Shown here one piece after another: positions 39,360-46,920 of a DNA stretch of 64,000 bases. Origin of the DNA: Candidatus Avimonas narfae (GTDB taxonomy: Bacteria > Bacillota > Clostridia > Oscillospirales > Acutalibacteraceae). Made by a program: the position numbers and the translations under genes. The notes beneath the pieces are model-generated. The model made no database searches, was not told the origin of the DNA, and saw only the letters and a list, made by a program, of their open reading frames with translations. Every line of letters starts with the position of its first letter. The first letter of the stretch is position 1. The DNA is taken from positions 31,940 to 95,939 of the forward strand of contig CAJFNR010000063.1 of NCBI GenBank assembly GCA_904395335.1. The letters are read 5' to 3'.

Positions 39360-40091
39360 ATGGTCGTCCTAGAGTGGAATAACGCCGTGAAGTGTTTGGC
39401 TTTAGCGGCTCCCGGGCTGTATGCCGATCTTCTGTGTGATTTGAAAGAGGGACGCGACTGTGCTTTTCAATCCCATGGAGCGGTAATCATAAAGACTGTA
39501 TGGTATGGTTCGGAGAGATACATATGGTATCTGTGTGATACTGGCCTTTGCGATATGGCTGCTGCCCTGATGGATTTGAAACAAAGCAATACCGATAACC
39601 TGGATATTATCCGCATTTACACAGGCAGATGTGAAGGCCTGCATTGCCTGATCTATTCGCGCATGGGGGAACCTTATACCGATAGGGATATACGTCCGCT
39701 GTCTTTACAGGATGGCAAATGCCTGCGCTGCTTCGCGGAAACCGCCGATGGAGAAGCGGAAATTGATAAAATTATTTTGGATAATATTTCCAAAGAATTT
39801 TTGCATATGCAAAGCGATACCTCGATTCGTATACTGGGGTTATTTCAGAAGGGCGGTCTGGCAGGGGTTATTTCCGTAACAAATAAGAGGCAAGGGAAAG
39901 TAATCGCGGCGAATAACGTATTTGTCTGTCGGGAATATCGTGAACGAGGCTACGCTGTCCGTTTGATCCGGGCGGCCCTGGCGCTTAATCCATTCAGCCG
40001 ATACGTGTACAGCTGCGGCAGCGACAATCCGGCATCTATGGCTTCCGCCATTTCTGCAGGATTCGTTCTGGAAGGGACTTATGTGTTTTGA
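39360..40091 (+). CDS. GNAT-family N-acetyltransferase with an N-terminal domain of unknown function (AT-rich gene)
   Basis: The C-terminal GNAT motif-A-like segment is VFVCREYRERGYAVRLIRAAL. GC content is markedly below that of the flanking DNA. Confidence 0.6.
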   Translation: MVVLEWNNAVKCLALAAPGLYADLLCDLKEGRDCAFQSHGAVIIKTVWYGSERYIWYLCDTGLCDMAAALMDLKQSNTDNLDIIRIYTGRCEGLHCLIYSRMGEPYTDRDIRPLSLQDGKCLRCFAETADGEAEIDKIILDNISKEFLHMQSDTSIRILGLFQKGGLAGVISVTNKRQGKVIAANNVFVCREYRERGYAVRLIRAALALNPFSRYVYSCGSDNPASMASAISAGFVLEGTYVF

Positions 40092-40138
40092 ATTGACAAG
40101 AAAAAAGAACCCAGGAACCGTGAAAAGGAGGGACAGCG

Positions 40139-40630
40139 TTGGCGGATAATTTTAATCACTCGGTGGGATGCCTGGTGGTGCGGAACCGGGAGGTACTGCT
40201 GGTGCGGCACACCTACGGACGCGCCCGGGGAAAGCTATTGATTCCCGGCGGCTATCTGCAGGAGGGCGAGATGCCTGAGCAGGCCGCTGTCCGGGAGGTG
40301 TGGGAGGAAACAGGCGTGGAAGCGCAGATCCGCTCCCTGCTGGCGATGCGGTTTTCCCCTGCCGACTGGTATGCCATTTTCCGGCTGGATTACCGTGGGG
40401 GTGAGCCCCGGTCGGATCAAAAGGAGAACAGTGAAGCGGCCTTCTTTGGCTGGGAGGAGGCGCTGGCAAGGGACGATCTTACCCCGCTTAGCCGGGAGTT
40501 GCTGCTCCGGTTCGGAGGAGGAATGGACGAGCTGGTACTGGATCCTTTCTGTCCCTCCTATTGGAAACCGGAGCAGTGGCATTTATACGGCGGAAAGTCT
40601 GTCGCTTCCGGTGAGAATTTTCTTGCGTAA
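40139..40630 (+). CDS. NUDIX hydrolase
   Basis: It starts with TTG behind an AAGGAGG RBS. The Nudix box is GGYLQEGEMPEQAAVREVWEETGV. Confidence 0.8.
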   Translation: MADNFNHSVGCLVVRNREVLLVRHTYGRARGKLLIPGGYLQEGEMPEQAAVREVWEETGVEAQIRSLLAMRFSPADWYAIFRLDYRGGEPRSDQKENSEAAFFGWEEALARDDLTPLSRELLLRFGGGMDELVLDPFCPSYWKPEQWHLYGGKSVASGENFLA

Positions 40631-40692
40631 TCGGGAAAAACGTATTATGATTATATCTTGAGACTGAGAAGGAAAATAAAGGGGTTGCAGAT

Positions 40693-41895
40693 ATGAAAAT
40701 TCTGGTCATCAACGCGGGCAGTTCTTCGCTGAAGTATCAGCTCATCGATATGAACGGCGAGGTGATGCTGGCCAAGGGCAACTGTGAGCGCATCGGGATC
40801 GACGGCAAATTCACCCACAAAACCAAGGACGGCTATGTGGAAACCCGGGAAGTGAACATGCCGGATCATACCTCTGCCTTTCATCAGGTCAAGCAGGCCT
40901 TGACCGAAGGGGAAGGCAAGGTTATCGACGACCTCAGCGAGGTGGCGGCTATCGGCCACCGCATTGTGCAGGGCGGCTCCAAGTACGATCGTTCCGTGCT
41001 GGTGACCGAACAGGTGATTCAGGATATCGACGACTACGCCGAGCTGGCTCCGCTTCACAACAAGGCCCATGTGCAGGGCATCCGGGCCGCCATGGCGGCC
41101 TTTGGCCCCGACGTACCCGAAGTGGTGGTGTTTGATACCGCTTTCCATCAGACCATGCCGCCCAAGGCCTATATGTTCGGCGTCCCCTATGAGTATTACA
41201 AGAAGTACGCCGTGCGCCGGTACGGCTTTCACGGCACGTCTCACCGGTATGTGAGCAACCGCTGCTATGAGCTGCTGGGCAAGCCGGGCGGCGAGGGCAC
41301 CAAGATCATCACCTGCCATCTGGGCAATGGTTCCTCCATCGCTGCTATCCAGGATGGCAAGGTCATCGATACCACCATGGGCCTGACGCCTTTGGACGGC
41401 TTTATTATGGGGACCCGGTCGGGTGCAGTGGATCCCTCCGTGGTGCTGTTTATCATGGAAAAGGAAAACCTGACGCCCCAGCAGATGAGCGATGTGCTCA
41501 ACAAAAAGTCGGGTATGCTGGGCATCTCGGGCGTATCCAGCGATGACCGCGATATCGAAAAGGCCATTGCCGCGGGTAATGAACGGGCCAAGCTGGCGTG
41601 GGAAATGCGCACCTACGAGATTGTCAAATATGTGGGCAGCTTTATTTCCGCCCTGGGCGGTGTGGACGCTATCGTGTTCACTGCTGGAATCGGGGAGAAT
41701 CAGCCCATGGTGCGCTCGGAGGTGATCAAGTCCCTGAAGTACCGCGGGGCGGTGCTGGATGAGGAAAAGAACAAGGTGCACGGCGAGGAAATGGAAATTA
41801 CCACGCCGGAATCCTCGGTGCGTGCCTTTGTCATCCCCACCAATGAGGAGCTGGTCATTGCACGGGATACCAAGGCCATTGTAGATCAGCTGTAA
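40693..41895 (+). CDS. ackA: acetate kinase
   Basis: MKILVINAGSSSLKYQL is the canonical AckA N-terminus; the product is 400 aa. Confidence 0.95.
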   Translation: MKILVINAGSSSLKYQLIDMNGEVMLAKGNCERIGIDGKFTHKTKDGYVETREVNMPDHTSAFHQVKQALTEGEGKVIDDLSEVAAIGHRIVQGGSKYDRSVLVTEQVIQDIDDYAELAPLHNKAHVQGIRAAMAAFGPDVPEVVVFDTAFHQTMPPKAYMFGVPYEYYKKYAVRRYGFHGTSHRYVSNRCYELLGKPGGEGTKIITCHLGNGSSIAAIQDGKVIDTTMGLTPLDGFIMGTRSGAVDPSVVLFIMEKENLTPQQMSDVLNKKSGMLGISGVSSDDRDIEKAIAAGNERAKLAWEMRTYEIVKYVGSFISALGGVDAIVFTAGIGENQPMVRSEVIKSLKYRGAVLDEEKNKVHGEEMEITTPESSVRAFVIPTNEELVIARDTKAIVDQL

Positions 41896-42016
41896 CGGAC
41901 AGATTTTCCGCCGGCTTGCTTTGGGTGTGCAGAGGAAAATCCGGTACAGCCCTTTCTCGGGTGGCGTCAAGTATGGCAGCCGAGTGGGGAAGAGGAACGG
42001 AGAACAAAAGCAAGGC

Positions 42017-42053
42017 AAGCACTGTGGCTTGCCTTGCTTTTGTGCAACTGGCG
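42017..42053 (+). terminator. Intrinsic terminator after ackA
   Basis: AAAGCAAGGCAAGC-actgtg-GCTTGCCTTGCTTTTGT. Confidence 0.75.
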
Positions 42054-42122
42054 TCCGGATTCTCGCTGATAATCCGGCGTGAGGATGTTTATACTAAACT
42101 TGCTGAAAAGGAGGCATGTGGA

Positions 42123-43082
42123 ATGTATAAGGATGACAGCCGCCGGGTGGCGCTGATCGGAACCGGTCTGGTGGGGATGAGTTATGCCTATGCCCTGCTG
42201 AATCAGAATGCCTGTGATGAGCTGGTGCTGGTGGACATCGACAGGAAGCGGGCAGAGGGCGAGGCCATGGATCTGAACCACGGCTTGGCCTTTTCCGGTT
42301 CCCACATGAAAATCCGGGCGGGGGATTACGCGGAATGTGCTGACGCGGATATTGTAGTGATCTGCGCTGGCGTTGCCCAGAAGCCGGGGGAATCCCGCTT
42401 GGATCTGTTGCAGCGGAATACGGAAGTTTTCCGCTCCATTATCGGACCGGTGATGGCGTCCGGTTTTAAGGGCCTGTTTCTGGTGGCGACCAATCCGGTG
42501 GACATCATGGCTCGGATCACTCAGCAGCTGTCCGGCCTGGATCCCCGCCGCGTCATTGGCAGCGGCACCGCGCTGGATACCGCCCGGCTGCGCTACCTGT
42601 TGGGGGATTATTTCAGCGTGGATCCGCGCAACGTCCATGCCTATGTCATCGGCGAGCATGGGGACAGTGAATTCGTCCCCTGGTCTCAGGCCATGGTGGC
42701 CACCAAATCCGTATTGGATATCTGCGCCGAATCAGGAGGGAAATATTGTACAGCGGAGATGGAGACCATCAGCGGCGAGGTGCGGGATGCCGCGCAGAAA
42801 ATCATCGAGGCGAAGCGGTCGACCTATTACGGCATTGGTATGGCGCTGGTGCGCATCACCCGGGCGATTTTTGGCAATGAGAGCAGCGTCCTGACGGTTT
42901 CAACCTTGCTGCGCGGTGAATACGGGCAACAGGACGTGTATGCGGGCGTTCCCTGTATCGTGGGACGCGACGGTGTCCGCGACGTGATTCATCTCAAGCT
43001 GACAGCGGAGGAACAAAGGAAGTTCGATGCCTCCTGCCGGGTATTGAAGGATACCTATGAGGGGCTGCAGCTGAACAAATAG
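42123..43082 (+). CDS. ldh: L-lactate dehydrogenase
   Basis: An internal ATG with an AAAGGAGG RBS gives MYKDDSRRVALIGTGLVGMSYAYAL (Rossmann fold), plus the IGEHGDSEFVPWS motif. The track ORF 41916..43082 is an extension across the ackA terminator. Confidence 0.9.
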   Translation: MYKDDSRRVALIGTGLVGMSYAYALLNQNACDELVLVDIDRKRAEGEAMDLNHGLAFSGSHMKIRAGDYAECADADIVVICAGVAQKPGESRLDLLQRNTEVFRSIIGPVMASGFKGLFLVATNPVDIMARITQQLSGLDPRRVIGSGTALDTARLRYLLGDYFSVDPRNVHAYVIGEHGDSEFVPWSQAMVATKSVLDICAESGGKYCTAEMETISGEVRDAAQKIIEAKRSTYYGIGMALVRITRAIFGNESSVLTVSTLLRGEYGQQDVYAGVPCIVGRDGVRDVIHLKLTAEEQRKFDASCRVLKDTYEGLQLNK

Positions 43083-43171
43083 CTTCGTTTTTGCACCCGT
43101 GTTTTCCATCGTTTTGGGGGAAACGCGGGTTTTCTCTGCAAACGGATTGGTGAAAAAACGATTCCTGCTTA

Positions 43172-43200
43172 TTGACGGATACATAACAAAATAATAGAAT
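43172..43200 (+). promoter_or_regulatory. Candidate sigma-A promoter for the LRR surface-protein gene
   Basis: TTGACG, a 17-nt spacer, then TAGAAT. Confidence 0.4.
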
Positions 43201-43264
43201 ATATTCTGTGAACCGGAAAAATAAGACAAATTTTGCCGGATATGTACAGGAGAGGAGATTCAAT

Positions 43265-44671
43265 GTGAGGGGGTTCAGAAAAGCAGGGGGAGCGGCAGCC
43301 GCTGCGGTAATACTGGCGTGTTTCCTGGCCGGGCCCGTGTCGGCGGCCACGGCCGACCTGATGCCTTCGTATCCGCTGGGTATAAAAGCGACGGAGGGCG
43401 GCATCGTCACCACGGATGAAGACAAGCTGGTCTTTCGGGCCGGCAGCAGGGATGCCACCTTTACTTATTCGGTGGATACCGAGCTGGATATCGGCGGAGA
43501 AATTTACTGCTACTACGATGTAACAGCCACCGGTGGCTGGGATATCCAGTGGAAAAGTACAGCTCGTAACGGTTCGCTTTTGTCGGGTTTTTCCTGGGAT
43601 TTTGGACAGCTTTTTGGTAAGGGCGGTAAGCCGCCGAATCAATATGGCTCGTTGATTGCAGCAGGTCATTATGACAATACCCTGACGGAAATGCAGGTGG
43701 ATGTTGCCTGGAAATGGAACAACAATGTCCCGGAAGACGGCAAAGTGACTATCACGTCCATTTCCATCAAGGTGGAGGCCGGATCGGAGCTGACCCTGGA
43801 GGAGCTCTCCTTTGCTCCCAAGGATGGTGGGATCGAGGAGGGAGATGTATATGAAACCGGAGACTATCGCTATAAGTACAACTATTTCTGGGATAATGGC
43901 TGGGTCAGGAATCCGGAACAGAATGGTTGGGGTGTCCGCGCGATAAATAACTGCCAAACCTCCTATGGCCTGATCCTTTCGGAAATCGGGGGGAAGCCCG
44001 TGGTAAACATGACGCAAACCTTTCAGGGCTGTATTCGAATGAAGGAAGCGCCGGCTATCCCGGACGGCGTTACCCATATGGACAGGACCTTTTGGGGATG
44101 TTTCTCCCTGGAGAGGGCCCCTGTAATCCCCCATAAGGTAACCCATATGAAAGAAGCCTTCTCCGGAGCCATGCAGTTGGCCGGGGAGGTCACAATTCCG
44201 GAGACGGTGGAGGATATGCGGGCCTGTTTTGACGGGACGGTGCAGCCCATTACCATGCTATACTCCGCCGGCTGCCGGGCGGCGGAGGAGTATCTGGTCC
44301 CTGCGAATGTGAAGAAGGTAACTTTGGGAGAGGAGCCGGACCCGACGAAGACACAGCCGCCTGCAACTGAGCCATCTGTGGAGGGAACCGATCCGCCTGT
44401 TTCCGAATCTTCTACAGAAGCAACATCTTTTGCGGAAACAACCGTCTCGTCTGACTCCCAACCGATCGTGGAGAAAACCGAAGAGACGGTCTCCCTCAGT
44501 ACAGCCTCCAGGACAGAGGGGATAACCGAAACAACGGCGACCACCGCATACTCGACGGCGCCTCAGGTGGCTTCTCCGGCGACAGGCGAAAGCATAGCTG
44601 TCGCCGTGGTCTCCGTGATTCTGCTGGGGACGGCTGCCGGTGCATTGGCATTTTACAAGAAGAAACGGTAA
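43265..44671 (+). CDS. Cell-surface protein with BspA-type leucine-rich repeats and a C-terminal sortase sorting signal (SPATG plus transmembrane helix plus KKKR)
   Basis: It starts with GTG behind an AGGAGAGGAG RBS. It has a signal peptide (MRGFRKAGGAAAAAVILACFLAGPVSAATA), a repeat pattern F.GC..L...IP..VT.M..AF, a Thr/Ser/Glu-rich stalk, and a C-terminal SPATGESIAVAVVSVILLGTAAGALAFYKKKR. It lies in an AT-rich region. Confidence 0.7.
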   Translation: MRGFRKAGGAAAAAVILACFLAGPVSAATADLMPSYPLGIKATEGGIVTTDEDKLVFRAGSRDATFTYSVDTELDIGGEIYCYYDVTATGGWDIQWKSTARNGSLLSGFSWDFGQLFGKGGKPPNQYGSLIAAGHYDNTLTEMQVDVAWKWNNNVPEDGKVTITSISIKVEAGSELTLEELSFAPKDGGIEEGDVYETGDYRYKYNYFWDNGWVRNPEQNGWGVRAINNCQTSYGLILSEIGGKPVVNMTQTFQGCIRMKEAPAIPDGVTHMDRTFWGCFSLERAPVIPHKVTHMKEAFSGAMQLAGEVTIPETVEDMRACFDGTVQPITMLYSAGCRAAEEYLVPANVKKVTLGEEPDPTKTQPPATEPSVEGTDPPVSESSTEATSFAETTVSSDSQPIVEKTEETVSLSTASRTEGITETTATTAYSTAPQVASPATGESIAVAVVSVILLGTAAGALAFYKKKR

Positions 44672-44682
44672 CCGTATTTAAA

Positions 44683-44721
44683 ACAACGAGCCTGCATCCA
44701 TATGGATGCAGGCTCGTTGTT
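44683..44721. terminator. Bidirectional intrinsic terminator
   Basis: AACAACGAGCCTGCATCC-atat-GGATGCAGGCTCGTTGTT lies between convergent genes. Confidence 0.7.
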
Positions 44722-44750
44722 CCTTTTCGGCAGCAGGAGGCCGAATTTTC

Positions 44751-45578
44751 CTATTTTTTCAGCAGCGTTTCCACAGCGTCCACGGCCGGAGCCATTTCCT
44801 CGCACACCACACGTTCGATTTCACCGCTGTCGCACAGGCGGGCAATATCGGCGTTCATGGGCAGCTTAGCCAATACCGGGATGCCCATGTTGTCCGCCGC
44901 CTCCTCCAGAGAAGCGCTATCGCCAAAGAGGGGGATGCGCTTGCCGCAGTCGGGACAGATGACACAGCTCATATTTTCTACAATGCCCAGAATGGGGATG
45001 TTCAGCATATCCGCCATTTTGTGAGCTTTGCCCACCACCATTTGCACCAGCGTCTGCGGTGTGGAAACGATGATGTTGCCGTCCAGTGGGAGAGACTGAT
45101 AAATGGTCAGCGGCACGTCACCGGTTCCGGGAGGCATGTCGATGAACAGGACATCCAGCTCACCCCAGGCCACGTCGGTCCAGAACTGAGTGACGGCGCC
45201 GGAGAGCACCGGGCCGCGCCAAACCACCGGCTGATCGGCATTTTCCAGCAACAGGTTGATGGACATCACTTTGATGCCCATATGGGTTTCCTCCGGCATG
45301 ATGCCGAGATCGGTGGCATGGGCCTTCTTGGTCAGGCCGAAGGCTTTAGGGATAGAGGGGCCGGTGATATCGGCATCCAGTATCCCTACCTTGTAGCCGC
45401 GGCGCGCCATCAGGACCGCCAGCATAGCGGTCACAGAGGACTTGCCCACGCCGCCCTTACCGCTGGATACCGCCACCACCTTGCGGATGGAGCTGTACTG
45501 GTTGAGGGCCGCGTGCATGTCCCGCTGTGAGCAGTCCTGTTCACAGCCTTCGCAATGATGGTTGCATGCTTCGCTCAT
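44751..45578 (-). CDS. Mrp/NBP35 (ApbC) family iron-sulfur cluster carrier ATPase
   Basis: A P-loop (SGKGGVGKSSV), an N-terminal CxxC-rich segment, and the CPxC-like C-terminal motif (SCVICPDCG). Confidence 0.85.
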   Translation of the reverse strand: MSEACNHHCEGCEQDCSQRDMHAALNQYSSIRKVVAVSSGKGGVGKSSVTAMLAVLMARRGYKVGILDADITGPSIPKAFGLTKKAHATDLGIMPEETHMGIKVMSINLLLENADQPVVWRGPVLSGAVTQFWTDVAWGELDVLFIDMPPGTGDVPLTIYQSLPLDGNIIVSTPQTLVQMVVGKAHKMADMLNIPILGIVENMSCVICPDCGKRIPLFGDSASLEEAADNMGIPVLAKLPMNADIARLCDSGEIERVVCEEMAPAVDAVETLLKK

Positions 45579-45656
45579 TGTCCAACATCCTTTCACAGGA
45601 AAACCAGGCGCCCGCCGGAGCGGGCACCTGGTTCCGTATTCGTATAAGAGAAAAGG

Positions 45657-46349
45657 TTATGCGCTTTTTTCCTGATACGCCGTCAGGCGGTATTCGCCGG
45701 TCACTGCCCCGATTGTGGCTCCCTCGCTGATATCGCGGGCGCGGAGCACATAGCCCACCGTTCGCTGAAGAATCTGCCAGTCCATGGAAAGCGACATATT
45801 GTCCACGTAGTAACCGTCCAGAACCGCCTTGTCGGCGACGGAAACCAGATCCCGGCCATTGACCTGAGCCCATCCGGTGAGTCCCGGACGGACGCGCAGA
45901 GAACCATTGCGGTCCCGCATACGGAGCAGGTCGGTTTCGGTCAGCACCACGGGACGAGGACCCACAAAGCTCATGTCGCCGATCAAGATATTGAACAGCT
46001 GGGGCAATTCGTCCAGGCTCAGCTTGCGCAACGCCCCACCCACCGGCGAGATGTAATCCAGCGCGTCGGTAAAACGATGGGTAGCCATATTGGACGGCGC
46101 TTTAGGGCTCATGGTGCGGAACTTGATCATCCGGAACGGCCGGTTGTTGCGGCCCATACGGGTCTGGATAAACAAAGGATTGCTCTTGGTATCCACGGCG
46201 GAGATCACCGCCACCACCAGAAGGACAGGCATAAGGAGCACAATCAGGAGCAGGGAGCAAATTATATCAAAAGAACGCTTGACAAACGCATAAACCGTCT
46301 GGGTTCTGGCAGGTTCGCGGTAAGTGTTCAGAACCAGCGCATTCTGCAT
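45657..46349 (-). CDS. Polyprenyl-phosphate sugar phosphotransferase (bacterial sugar transferase family, EPS/CPS priming enzyme type)
   Basis: An internal ATG with an AAGGAGG RBS. The C-terminal catalytic region (PGLTGWAQVNGR) is typical of the Bac_transf family. Confidence 0.8.
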   Translation of the reverse strand: MQNALVLNTYREPARTQTVYAFVKRSFDIICSLLLIVLLMPVLLVVAVISAVDTKSNPLFIQTRMGRNNRPFRMIKFRTMSPKAPSNMATHRFTDALDYISPVGGALRKLSLDELPQLFNILIGDMSFVGPRPVVLTETDLLRMRDRNGSLRVRPGLTGWAQVNGRDLVSVADKAVLDGYYVDNMSLSMDWQILQRTVGYVLRARDISEGATIGAVTGEYRLTAYQEKSA

Positions 46350-46835
46350 AATCTTACTTCCTCCTTTATGCAATATTCAATTGACCATGCAAACCACCCG
46401 GGGATAGTCTCCTACCCTAGGTTCGTGCCTCATTGTACTATCATCCTGTGTAAAAATCAAGTTTCAGTTTTGTAATCTTTTACGAAAACGGTCAGATTGT
46501 ACGAGGATATTTGACGAAAAGCAGCAGGATATAGGCTATATCCATGAAGCGTGGAGATAAATACGGGAGGATTGTCCGTGAAAGGTAAAAAATTTCCTGT
46601 TAATCGATAGGCGGTTTTCCGCCGTAGAAATACGAACCACGCAGATTGATGCCTTAAATTTTACGGAAGGAATCGGAATATTTTACAAACGGAAAGAGGA
46701 GGCCTTCCTGCATAAAATAGAATTGTAGAAAGAAAAGCGGAGAGTCTCCGCCGCTATATATCCGTTTCCCAAAAACGCAGCTGTGTATAAATATACATTT
46801 CGGTCTCCGTGATGCTCCTTTTTTACGAAAAAAAT

Positions 46836-46867
46836 GTCCGCGCTTCTCCATCCGGAGAGGCGCGGAC
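46836..46867 (-). terminator. Intrinsic terminator after the P-type ATPase gene (minus strand)
   Basis: GTCCGCGC..(16 nt)..GCGCGGAC, followed on the minus strand by a T-run. Confidence 0.65.
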
Positions 46868-46920
46868 GGCCGGCTTATGGCACAGCTGTGGAGACGAAGG
46901 AGGGGACGGCTGCCGTCCTG

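Noticed and set aside
41916-42122. N-terminal extension of ldh.
   Set aside because: It spans the ackA intrinsic terminator. The LDH Rossmann N-terminus starts at the internal Met, which has an AAAGGAGG RBS.
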